A stretch of DNA of 64,000 nt from the human T2T-CHM13v2.0 reference genome, Homo sapiens: the NCBI RefSeq assembly GCF_009914755.1, contig NC_060939.1; one strand, written 5' to 3'. The notes beneath the pieces were generated by a model. It worked only from the letters and a program-made list of their open reading frames with translations, had not been told where the DNA came from and made no database searches. Both the position numbers and the translations under genes were made by a program. Below are positions 42,693-61,988 of this stretch, one piece after another (the stretch's first letter is position 1; each line of letters starts with the position of its first letter).

Positions 42693-43001
42693 TTCTTTCC
42701 TTTTCTTTTTTTTTTGAAACGGCATCTTGCTGTCACAAGTGCAGTGGCAAAATCACAGCTCACTGCAGCCTCAACCTCCTGGCCTCAAGTGATACTCCTG
42801 CCTCAGCCTCCCAAGCAGCTGAGACTACAGATGTGACACCATGCCCAGCTAATTTTAATTTTATTATCTTTTTTTTTTTTTTGTAGAGACAAGGTCTCAC
42901 TATGTTGTCCAGGCAAGTCTCAAACTCCTGACCTCAAGTGATCCTCCTGCCTCAGCCTCCTAAAGTACTGGGATTACAGGTGTGAGCCACTGCACCTGGC
43001 C
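42693..43001 (-). mobile_element. Alu (AluJ-like)
   Basis: Antisense dimer; agataattct on both flanks. Confidence 0.9.
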
Positions 43002-43792
43002 CAAAGATAATTCTAAACAAACTCTGTTTTGCAATCAATAATTGAGAGCTTAGTCACGTCTGACATGAATTATATAGTTTTTTATCATTTAAGTATGGCC
43101 AGAATTGATGGGGGTGCTGGGGAATGTAACTGGTGACAGTGCTAACCAAACCATCAGGCAACAATGACAAAGAGTAACTAAACTGCATGATTAAACTAGA
43201 GCAAGCTGGAAATTGCAGTCAAGCTTCTGTAGACTTCCTGGAGCACAGGTGACTTTTAGTCTTAACTGTGTAAGGGCCTAGGTGGAGTGCATCTTTATTT
43301 GTGGATGCCTACTCAGGTCCAACAATCACTCACATTTAATGAATTTACTTGAGCAGCTTTTTGTAGGTTTTTCCTCAATGAAATATGTAATTTTACACGG
43401 TCTTTATTTAGCAATATATATTGGTGTCATTCAAAATATAACAAAAATTTCAATGAGGCATTCTTAACTTCTCCCTAATCTTTCTGGAAACAAGTTCCAT
43501 AAGACTATCTGATTTGTAAATAAAATTATAAAAATATAAAAATGTAATAAAATTATTAAAACACAGGTTTAAATCCTGTTTCACAGTATATTATTAAATA
43601 ACAATATATTTTAATTAAAAATATACTAACGTGTATCATTAGACACGCCAATCCTATTAAGAAATAAAAGTTTATCTACCAATAAATAAGTTCATTTCTG
43701 CACATGTCTTTACTTGGGCATTACAATTTTACTTACTACCACCACCAAGAAAATACACATATAAAAATCAAAACAAAAGAATTTTGGTATAC

Positions 43793-43934
43793 CTCAAAAT
43801 TATTATCTAGCTTAATCCAGCCATGGTCTCTTGATATTTGATGTTTCTGATAGGATTGTTCCAATAAGATTATCTGCTTTTGACTAAATGGCTTCCATTT
43901 CTGCTTTGGTTTCACCTCCCAAACAACACCAGAA
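43793..43934 (-). CDS. VPS13C: VPS13C coding exon (SGVVWEVKPKQKWKPF...KLDNNFE)
   Basis: TAG acceptor, GTATA donor; 142 nt, phase 2 to 0. Confidence 0.95.
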
Positions 43935-44153
43935 CTAAATAATTCACACAAAAAAATTAAATTAGCAATATGTATTTAGGTCTGTGGAACTTTATTCAAC
44001 TCCAGATTATTGTAACTATTATTTTCCTATGAAAATTACATTGGTATAAGGGACTTCTTAAAATAACGAACTATACCTGTGTTGCAAGAGTACAAAAAGA
44101 AAAGAGGCAGGCAAGAAAATACTTTTTCTATCAACGTTGACATCAACCAACTA

Positions 44154-46374
44154 AGGGACTGGCAAACTTTTTCTGCAGAGGGTCATATATTAAATAGTAA
44201 ATATTTTAGGCTTTCTGGACTGAGACAAAATTCAAGTTATTAGATAGGCAACTTAGATACCAAAGAGAGAAAAAACTCCCATAAATTTTAATTGATGAAA
44301 TTTAGAATATAAAATAATTAAGAGCAATTCTTAAAAACAAGTCTATTAATGAAAAAAAAAACTTCTTTTGTGAAAGTAACATGTCACTTAGTGTTATTTA
44401 TTACCAAAATCTATTGTAAATGTTCATCTATTAATGGTAATCTGTAATGAGCATCTTTAAAAATGCCATTTCATACAGATAGGTGCTGCCAAATACTGAT
44501 ATTGGTCAATGAGAATTTATTATTTTACTTGAGCATATATATCACTTGGAAGGCATTCATAAAATTCTATTAAATTCTTCTCTTGATATTTGCCTTTTAG
44601 TATATTAATACATTACAGGTCAATCACTTCCAATTCAAAGTTAGGTAGAAGCTCCTCAATTGCACAAATGAATTTTGAAATGTGGAAATTTCCTTACACC
44701 TGCACTGAGGTCAGAAAAAATGTTGCTGGAACTGGAGTTGCAGGCCTTAAAATATATCCTCTCCAAATACATGTGGAAGTGGAGATTTTGCTTCATGTTT
44801 TAACCTTGGACAGCACAGGAAGTACATGGAACATCTTGATACTACCTGAGATTCAAACATTAGCTGTCTTCAAAATTGACTATACTGTAGTATAAATTTT
44901 TCACATAAGCACTGTTTGTCTTCTAATTTTAGCTTGAAATTCATTAAAAAACATCATCAATTCTGCAATTATGCAACAAAAACTAATTTCCAAAGCCACT
45001 ATTATTGCATTATCAATTCTGCAACAAAAATTAATTTCCAAAGCCACTATTATTGGTGTTTAGTCATAGTGGTTGAGGGTGGTTCTTTTTGTTCAAAAAA
45101 ATTTTAATCCTGGCCCAGAACTCAAAGAGTACAATAAAAAGTTACTGCTGCTAACCCATCAAACTGCTGTGTGGTAACACAAGTAAGAACATTCAGCTTC
45201 TACTTCTCGTGAAAATTCACAGAACTGATGATAGTTAAGTCCACATGAATTAATGAAGTTAACTATTTGACACTAATGGTTTGGTAACAAAAGGTGGACT
45301 GAAATATTTTCCACTAAGTACCTGCTCACAAATAATACAATAGGCTTTAAATGCTTTACATTTTCACTAGCTTTATGAATTTGTCCAACTAAGTCTTTTT
45401 CTGTTCCACACATATTTTTCCCATAATCAGTTGTATCTATCTTCAGGTTGTACTGAATTAGTATTTCTTTCGCTGGTTTGAAAATATTCTCACCTGTAGT
45501 TGTCCTAGGCAAACTATTTATACAGGTTAATCCTTTAGTCACTTCAGACTCCGTGCTGACTTCTCAAATATATAACTGAGCAGTATTGGTAACATCTGTT
45601 GACTCATCAAGAGCCAAAGGAAACCACTCAATATCATTTGCCTTGTTTTTGTAATTGACTATTGAGGTTGTTCTGAATGTCTTCAATTCTTTAAGCAACT
45701 GTTCCTACTGAAAGGCTAATGGCCTTAAACGAGTTCATTTTCTCTGGATACATTTCTTTAGCTGCTGCAATCAGACACAATTCAATTAACTCACTATTGG
45801 TAAAAGACTTTCCTGGCTTAGCTAACAAGTAAGTCACTCAGAAACTTACTTTGCTTACAGCCTCATTATTGTTTTTTGTATTTGTTAAGATATTCCGTGT
45901 GATGACATATTTTGCCTTAAATTTTCTAATTTTTCTGGCCATTGCTTTCCTGTGATTTGAAAATGTTACGGTAAGTGCTTAGTTTGGAAACTATACTGTC
46001 AACATATATTGCATTACTTCAGCAGAGCTGTAGTTCCATAACATAATAAAATGATGCTTTTTTTAATAAGAAGATCATACACATTTCATTATGCCCTAAA
46101 AGATGAACATTCAAAGTTCACTTTTCTCTTGTTTTGATATGACGGATATATATCAGTAAAATAAAAAATGCTGCAGAACAATATGCACTAACTCAAACAT
46201 GCTGTGATTTGTAGTGCACTGAGTAGCAATGTCAAAGAAGCCATGTAAAAGAACAGAAATCACTGTGTCCCAACAAAACATTATTTATGGGAAACAAACT
46301 GAATTTCATACAGTTTGTACAAAAACAGGCATTGGGTTAGATTTGGCTCATAGGCCAAACTTTGCTGGCACCTG
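44154..46374 (-). mobile_element. Charlie1-type hAT DNA transposon with decayed transposase
   Basis: MER58-like termini; minus-strand remnants EWFPLALDESTDVTNTAQL (about 45580-45630) and TTDYGKNMCG match hAT catalytic-domain motifs. Confidence 0.8.
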
Positions 46375-46524
46375 AATTAGAGAATACTAAAATCTATAAT
46401 ATTTTATTTCACATAGCTTGTTTCTATTAGTCAATGATAGTGTTAACAATGTCCTAACTATAAAATGTATTTAGAGGATACCAGTCAATGAAGGCACTGA
46501 ATAAAATATCTACTACAGACAATA

Positions 46525-48690
<2,166 letters not shown>

Positions 48691-49829
48691 TGATTTTTAA
48701 AATTATGTAACTGGTGTTTTTCCTTTGAAAATCTAGATTTCACTGAATGTGTACCATGTCATAAAAAAGGTAATGAAGTTATTTTAGATAAATTTTTTAA
48801 TGTTCTTATAAATAAAGGTAAACCTGACAAACCAGGACAGCATATACAATATTAAAGTAAAAAGTTTTATAGAAGAACAAAAGGGAAAACTGGACCTATA
48901 TAACTAAAAATGATTTCCATGTTTAGTTTAAAAATATCATATAATACTCAAATATATAACAAAGAATGCATTGCCTATCTACATATAAATATATTAACAT
49001 TATATTAATGGTATGTATGATACCATTTATAACCATTAGTTTCTCAGGTGTTGTGCAAAGTTCATTACATAGACTATCTATTTACTTTTCTCCTTAATTT
49101 GCTTTTCTTTCCCCAAACGTGTGCTTCTTGATAGATCCTATCCTGGTTATATTTTGTATCATGTCAACCATTCCACCCATCAGCCTCTAAAAAAGAATAA
49201 GTCTTTTACCAAATTAAGTGTGATTTTTAAAATCAACTACATACTCTAATATTTTTCTTATACAGGTATAAATAGAACTGGAGAAAATAACTGGTCCCAT
49301 AACTATTAGAAAATTCTAAATGGCCACCCATTAAAGATTATGTACTCATATCAAATACAGCCTCCTCTCTGAACCTTTTTTCCAATTTGTTTCTGTTGGT
49401 TTCCCCCTAACTCATGACAGTTTCTCTAACCTCTACTGCACAAAACAAACTAGTCACTTGTACCTCTGTACTTCCACTGTGCATGTACATCCTTCTTTGT
49501 ACATCCTTTCCTTTTCTCAGTATTTTTGTAACTCATTAAACACACACACACACACACGCACACATTAAGGACAACAAGGAAAGAAACAAACCACTTTTTC
49601 CCCCACCAACTGACAATGAGTATTGTGAAGACAAAGACAATATCTTAGTCATCTTTCTATCCTCGGGGCTTTTCAACTAACAGTTCAAAGAATTATTCAG
49701 TAAGCTTTACTGAATAAATATACAGCATACCAAAGTCAAACCAGGTATCTTTTTACTTTCTTCAAATCGGCTATTATGAACTTAATGCCTTTTAAAGGTT
49801 TAGGATGTCTTATTTTCCTTCTTGCATAC

Positions 49830-50065
49830 CTGGTTATCCCAATATAGGAAACTTCCTGCTTGCTTTCATTGTTAACCAGTGAAAGCCCAAGACTGTGGAG
49901 AGACAAGGTTATTTCATAATCAGCCTGTTCCATTTCTTCTGCCTGCAGTGCTTTGGAAACCAAGGCAACATCATCGGTGAAAAGCAAAACTCTCTGGCGC
50001 CCATCCAGAAATGATACCCAGTGTATCTGGATGTTTGCATCATATGGAAACTGTCCACATCCATC
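49830..50065 (-). CDS. VPS13C: VPS13C coding exon (first in window; DGCGQFPYDANIQIHWVSFLDGRQRVLLFTDD...EVSYIGIT)
   Basis: CAG acceptor 50068-50066, GTATG donor; 236 nt, phase 0 to 2; chains in frame to the next exon. Confidence 0.95.
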
Positions 50066-50416
50066 CTGGGAAGAAGAAAGACTTCATTAAACCCACACAT
50101 AGTAACTTGTTATTATATAAAATTGAACTATAATAACAGAAAGATTAGAAAAGTTTAAGAAGCACTACTATAAATTGAAAAATTCTAACCATCAAAATGA
50201 CATAAATTAAGCTATAATCTATTTTAAAATATACTCACCAATTATTTTCAAAAACGAAGACTAATAGTACGTAGTTTTTTAATACCTAAGTCTGAATTAC
50301 CTACTGAGTGCTGAAGGGCACAGAGCAGGATTCAAGAGGATCCTTTGGTGGCACCAATGCAATAAGATGATTCTTTGTCTCCAAGCCGGAAAACAGAATG
50401 GTTCGGAAGTTTATTA

Positions 50417-50725
<309 letters not shown>

Positions 50726-53684
50726 AGAAATGTAACCTCAGACAAAACCAGCCTAGCTTATTTTTATATTTTCATGATCTATAACATAGGAAATATTTAT
50801 GTAAATCACACTGGTGAAGGTTATATGTAGCACTTAAAAATATGAGGCTTGATTTGGTCAGTGTTTTCAGAGGTTAAAATAATAAATTCCACTTTGTTCT
50901 GGGTTTAATGAAAATAGAACAGTTCATTTCAATAAGCAGTACGAGTACCTACTATGTACTTTCCATTCCATGCTTTCCAGGGGAGAAAAAAAAACAAAAA
51001 CAACTGAAGTTACCAAGAGTATAAGAATAGTTGAGTGTCACTAATGTTCAAAATTTACTAATACTTTCAAGGTACATTATGTGATCAAAGATGCCTGCCC
51101 AATTTTTTTACTCTAATAAGAAATCAAATTTTCAAACATACCTATTAAGAAGGTGAATTCTGTATCTGTAAACTACAAAATGTGCTATGTATCTTAGTTC
51201 ACAGTTATTATTCCAATATTATCTGACTCTTGTTTTTCATCTATTTCATGTGAAGTACAATAAAATATCCCCAGGTAATTGTGTTTCAGTTAATTTCTAG
51301 CATTTTAAGTTTTATATGTTGATGCAATACTATTCATTGCATGAAGGTTTATGGCTATCACTCCTTCTGTGTCATATTATCATTATCTATTTAATAATTT
51401 TGCTTTGAATTGGTCAGAAATTAAAATCAACAGAGGGTGATAACGCCAAAATGGAAGAGTAGAAGCAATGTGGCTTCACTCTTTACCACAGAAAACCAAA
51501 CATAAACTTCTAGTGCCAAGATTATCATCAGCAATATCCCAGAACTTGAACCTGAGGCTGACACAATTCCTGGAGCCACAGAGAAGTGAAAAGCTCCACG
51601 CAGATGGTAACAGAAATGAACTTCTCTACCCACAATGCCTCTCCCCGAATCTGCCTGGCACTGCATGCAGGAAATTCCTCTTAAGCTCACAATTTCTACA
51701 CTGGATAAAGTGAGATCAAAGCAGAAAGCCAGCTTCCTCACCATCTTGGGCTCCCTTGCAGGAAAACCACTCCTGGCTCAGCCCATGGGAAGCATCACAA
51801 GTGCTTTAGGAAGAGAAAACCCCCAAGGGAGGCTACAGACAAAGAGGAGAAGCAGGATTAAAAACTCCAGCCCAAGAATTTCTGCTCTTTATTTCAGCCA
51901 AAGGAAACGCCTATTCAGAGTGGCTGTTCAGCAGCACAACACTGTGGGAGGCACAGTCCCTAAGTCTTCTGAGGAGGAACCCTGGGCAGCCTTCCTACAT
52001 AGCTGGGATATCCCCTTTGAGATGCAACCCCTTCCCCACCACTGGAGACAGTACTGCCAAATGTTTCAGAGAACTGAGGCAAACCAGCAATTATACCACC
52101 AACTAGTGCTGAATAGGAGGCAGTGATCTAGGATAAAGGGGACCCAAAGGCAACTGCAAAGGACCTCTAAGCAAACATATTCTAGAAAGACCAAAACAAG
52201 CCAGAGAACAAACACTGGAATAAATAAATAATCCTTCAATGTAAAGCCATAGACGCATGTCCACAAAAAACAACAGCAAGCAGGGAACCATGGCCTCCCC
52301 AAACAGACAAAGCAAAGTGCCAGTGACAAACTCTGATAAGACAGCCACGTGTGAGTTCTCAGATCAAGAATTCAAAGTAGCAATTCTAGGAAAGTCAGCA
52401 ACTTCCAAGGCAACACAGAAAAACAATTAAGAAATTTATCAGTGAAATTGAAACAGACTGAAATAATAAAATTAAACAGAAATGCTGGAATGATGAAATA
52501 AATTTGCTGAACTGAAAAATGTATTAGAGGCTCTCAACAGCAGACTGGATCAAGTAGAGGATGGAATCAGTTAGCTCTAAGACAGGCTATTGGAAAATAC
52601 ACAGAGGAGAAAACAGAATAAAAAAGAACAAAGAATGCCTGCAAAATATAGAGAATAACCTCAAAAGAGCAAATCTAAGAGTCACTGGTGGTCAAGAGAG
52701 AGTTGAGAAAGAGCAAGGGGTAGAAAGTTAATTAAAGAATTAACAAGAAAATACTTTCCCTATTGGAGAAAGATAGAAATACACAGGTAAAGGTCACAGA
52801 TGACCAAACGGATTCAATCCAAAGAAGACTACCCTAAGGCATATAATAATCAAACTCTCAAGGGCCTATGACAAAGAGAGGACCCTAAAAGTGGCAAAAG
52901 AAAAGAAGCAGATAACATATAAAGAAGCTGCAATTTGTCTGGCAACTGACTTCTCAGGAAACCATGCCCTGCAGGAGGCAGTGGGACAACATACTCAAAG
53001 TGTTGAAGGGGAAGAAAAACCCTGCCAACCAAGAATATTGTATCCAACAAAGCTTTGTTTCAAACATGACAGAGAGATAAAGTTTTTATCAGATGAACAG
53101 AAGCTGAAGGAATTCATTACCTCTAGACACATCTTACAAAAAATGATAAAAGGAGTTACTTGATATGAAAGAAAACAATGTTAAAATGAAAAAAAAATTT
53201 GGAGGCATATAACTCACTGGTAAAACTAAGTACACAGACAAATTGAGAATAATCTAACACCATAATTGTGGTGTATAATCCACTCATATATCTAGTATGA
53301 AGACTAAAAGACAAATCTATCAAAAATAATAATAATTACAACAACCTCTTAATAGGCAATACAAAAAAGATATAAATTGAGACAACAGAATGCCAAGATG
53401 TATGGGGGATGGACTTAAAAGTGTAGCATTTTTTAGTTTTTCCTTTTTGGTTTCCTTGCTTTCCTTTCTGATCAAAGTTAAGTTGTCATTTGTTTAAAAT
53501 AATGTATTGTGTCTATAAGATGTTTTTTGTAAGCCTCATAGTAACCACAAAGCAAAATCCAATAATAAATATACTAAAAATGCAAAGCAATGAACTAAAA
53601 ACATACTGTCAGAGAAAAACCACTTAACCACTAAGGAAGTCAGTAAGAAAAGAAGAAAGAAAGAGGGGCATTATAAAAGAATCA

Positions 53685-54083
<399 letters not shown>

Positions 54084-55329
54084 TTAATAGAAATGGAGTG
54101 GCTGGGTAAATTAAAAAATATGGCCCAACTATATGTTGTCTACCAGAAACACACTTCAACTACAAAGGCATACATAGGGTGAACGTGAAGGGATAGAAGA
54201 AGATATTCCACACAAATGGAAACCAAGAAAAAAAAAAGAGTAGGAGTAGCTATGCTTAGTTACATCAAATAAAATAGATTTCAAGGCTAAGATTACAAAA
54301 AGAGACAAAGTCACTATATAATGATAAAGAGGTCAATTCAGAAAGAGGATATAACAGTTGTAAATATATGTACCCAACACCAGAGCAGCCAAATATATAA
54401 AGAAAATAATAACAGATCTAAAGGAAGAGATAGACTGGAATACAATATTAATAGGGGACCTCAACACCCCCACTCTCAGTAATAGAGAGATCATCCAGAC
54501 AGAAAATCAAGAAAGAAACACTGGAGTTAAACTACACTTTAGACCAAATGGACCTAACAAACATGTACAGAACATTTCATCCGACTGCTGCAGAATACAC
54601 GTTCTTCTCATCTGCACATGGCCCATATGGTAGGCCACAAAACAAGTCTCAAAAAATTCAAAAAAGTTAAAATTATATCAAGTATCTTTTCTGTCCACAA
54701 TGGAATAAAACTAGAAAGCAATAACAACAGGAATTTGTAAAGTATAAAAACACAGAAATTAAATATGTTCCTGAACAATAAGTCAATGAAGAAATTAAGA
54801 AGGAAATAAAAAATTTTCTTAAAACAAATGAAAATGGAAACACAATATATCAAAATCTACAGGATACAGCAAAAGCAGCACTAAGAGGGAATTTTACAGC
54901 AATAAATGCCTATATCAAAAAAGTAGAAAGATTTCAAATAAACAACCTAACAGTATACCTTAAGAATCTAGAAAAGCAAGAATAAACCAAAACCAAAATT
55001 AGTAGAAGGAAAAAATAATAAAGATCAGAGCAGAAATAAATAAAATTGAGACAAAAAAATACAAAAGATCAATGAAACAAAAAGTTTTTTGAAAAGATAA
55101 AATGGACAAACTTTTAGCTAGACTACAAAAAAAGAGAAGACCTCAAATCAATAAAATCAGACATGAATAAGGAGACTTATAACAGTTGATACCAAGGAAA
55201 TACAAAAGGATCATTAGAGACTATTATGAACAACTATCTGCCAAAAAACTGGAAAACACAGAAGACAGAGATAAATTTCTGGACACAAACAGTCTGCTAA
55301 TAACGAACCCTGGAAGAAACAGAAAACCT

Positions 55330-55763
55330 AATTGGAAGACATCATGTTAAGTGAAATAAGCCAGGAACAGAAAGTTAAATACTGCACATTCTCACTCATA
55401 TGTGGTAGCTAAAAAACAGTGGGTCTCATAAAAGTAAAAATTAGAACAGCAGATACTAGAGGCTGGGAAGGATAGGAAGAAGGGCGGATAGGGAAAGATT
55501 TCTTAAAGGAGATACAAAATTACAGCAAGATAGGAGGAATCAGTTCTAGTGTCCTATAGCATTATAGGATGACTACAGTTAACAATATTATTATATAGTT
55601 TCATATAGCTAGAAAAAGGATATTGAATGTTCCTAACACAAAGAAATGATAAATATTTGAGATATGAATATGTTAACTACCCTGATCTAATCAGTATATA
55701 TTACAGATATAGCACAATATCATAAGTACGTACAATTGTGTCAATTTTTAAACATTATTTTAA
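55330..55763 (+). mobile_element. L1MA 3'UTR fragment nested in the old L1 ORF2
   Basis: TSD aagaaaca(g/t)aaa(a/g)cct at 55314-55329 and 55764-55779. Confidence 0.8.
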
Positions 55764-55902
55764 AAGAAACATAAAGCCTGAGCAGACCAGTAACAAGCAA
55801 CAAGATCAAAGCAATAATAAAAAGTCTTCCCTCAAAGAAAAGCCAAGGACCTGATGGCTTCACTGCTGAATTCTACCAAACACTTAAAAAATAAACTAAT
55901 AA

Positions 55903-56809
55903 GGGGGAGGAGCCAAGATGGCCGAATAGGAACAGCTCCGGTCTACAGCTCACAGCGTGAGCGACACAGAAGACGGGTGATTTCTGCATTTCCATCTGAG
56001 GTACCAGGTTCATCTCACTAGGGAGTGCCAGACAGTGGGCGCAGGTCAGTGGGTGCACGCATGGTGCGCGAGCCGAAGCAGGGTGAGGCATTGCCTCACT
56101 CGGGAAGCGCAAGGGGTCAGGGAGTTCCCTTTCCTACTCAAAGAAAGGGGTGACGGACGGGACCTGGAAAATCGGGTCACTCCCACCTGAATACTGCGCT
56201 TTTCCGACGGGCTTAAAAAACGGCGCACCACGAGATTATATCCCGCACCTGGCTCGGAGGGTCCTACGCCCACGGAGTCTCGCTGATTGCTAGCACAGCA
56301 GTCTGAGATCAAACTGCAAGGCGGCAGCGAGGCTGGGGGAGGGGTGCCCGCCATTGCCCAGGCTTGCTTAGGTAAACAAAGCAGCTGGGAAGCTCGAACT
56401 GGGTGTAGCCCACCACAGCTCAAGGAGGCCTGCCTGCCTCTGTAGGCTCCACCTCTGGGGGCAGGGCACAGACAAACAAAAAGACAGCAGTAACCTCTGC
56501 AGACTTAAATGTCCCTGTCTGACAGCTTTGAAGACAGCAGTGGTTCTCCCAGTATGCAGCTGGAGATCTGAGAAGGGGCAGACTGCCTCCTCAAGTGGGT
56601 GCCTGACCCCTGACCCCCGAGCAGCCTAACTGGGAGGCACCCCCCAACAGGGGCACAGTGACACCTCACACGGCAGGGTACTCCAACAGACCTGCAGCTG
56701 AGGGTCCTGTCTGTTAGAAGGAAAACTAACAAACAGAAAGGACATCCACACCAAAAACCCATCTGTACATCACCATCATCAAAGACCAAAAGTAGATAAA
56801 ACCACAAAG
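55903..56809. promoter_or_regulatory. L1 5'UTR bidirectional promoter (YY1 site caagatggc; antisense promoter)
   Basis: CpG-rich, intact 5'UTR; sense and antisense promoter activity is established for this family, but activity of this copy is unknown. Confidence 0.7.
56046..56354 (-). CDS. L1 ORF0-like antisense ORF (102 aa, C-terminally extended)
   Basis: MAGTPPPASLPPCSLISDCCASNQRDSVGVGPSEPGAGYNLVVRRFLS matches the ORF0 N-terminus. Confidence 0.6.
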   Translation of the reverse strand: MAGTPPPASLPPCSLISDCCASNQRDSVGVGPSEPGAGYNLVVRRFLSPSEKRSIQVGVTRFSRSRPSPLSLSRKGNSLTPCASRVRQCLTLLRLAHHACTH

Positions 56810-57826
56810 ATGGGGAAAAAACAGAACAGAAAAACTGGAAACTCTAAAGAGCGGAGCACCTCTCCTCCTCCAAAGGAATGCAGTTCCTCACCAGCAATGG
56901 AACAAAGCTGGATGGAGAATGACTTTGATGAGCTAAGAGAAGAAGGCTTCAGACGATCAAATTACTCTGAGCTACGGAAGGACATTAAAATCAAAGGCAA
57001 ACAAGTTGAAAACTTTGAAAAAAATTTAGAAGAATGTATAACTAGAATAACCAATACAGAGAAGTGATTAAAGGAACTGATGGAGCTGAAAACCAAGGCT
57101 CGAGAACTACGTGAAGAATGCAGAAGCCTCAGGAGCCGATGCGATCAACTGGAAGAAAGGGTATCAGCGATGGAAGATGAAATGAATGATATGAAGCGAG
57201 AAAGGAAGTTTAGAGAAAAAAGAATAAAAAGAAATGAGCAAAGCCTCCAAGAAATATGGGACTATGTGAAAAGACTAAATCTACGTCTGATTGGTGTACC
57301 TGAAAGTGATGGGGAGAATGGAACCAAGTTGGAAAACACTCTGCAGGATATTATCCAGGAGAACTTCCCCAATCTAGTAAGACAGGCCAACGTTCAGATT
57401 CAGGAAATACAGAAAACACCACAAAGATACTCCTCGAGAAGAGCAACTCCAAGACACATAATTGTCAGATTCACCAAAGTTGCAATGAAGGAAAAAATGT
57501 TAAGGGCAGCCAGAGAGAAAGGTCGGGTTACCCACAAAGGGAAGCCCATCAGACTAACAGCGGATCGCTCGGCAGAAACCATACAAGCCAGAAGAGAGTG
57601 GGGGCCAATATTCAACATTCTTGAAGAAAAGAATTTTCAACCCAGAATTTCATATCCAGCCAAACTAAGCTTCATAAGTGAACGAGAAATAAAATACTTT
57701 ACAGACAAGCAAATGCTGAGAGATTTTGTCACCACCAGACATGCCCTATAAGAGCTCCTGAAGGAAGCGCTAAACATGGAAAGGAAGAACCGGTACCAGC
57801 CGCTGCAAAATCATGCCAAAATGTAA
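56810..57826 (+). pseudogene. L1 ORF1p pseudogene
   Basis: 1017-nt frame with premature TGA 57065-57067 and TAA 57749-57751. Confidence 0.95.
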
Positions 57827-57862
57827 AGACCATCGAGACTAGGAAGAAACTGCATCAACTAA

Positions 57863-61722
<3,860 letters not shown>

Positions 61723-61988
61723 ACAATGCGATCACATGGACACAGGAAGGGGAACATCACACTCTGGGGACTGTTGTGGGGTGGGGGGAGGGGGAGGGAT
61801 AGCATTGGGAGATATACCTAATGCTAGATGACAAGTTAGTGGGTGCAGCACACCAGCATGGCACATGTATACATATGTAACTAACCTGCACAATGTGCAC
61901 ATGTACCCTAAAACTTAAAGTATAATAATAAAAGAAAAAAAACTTAAAAAAAAAATTAAAAGTGTTTAAAAAAAAAATGAACTAATAA

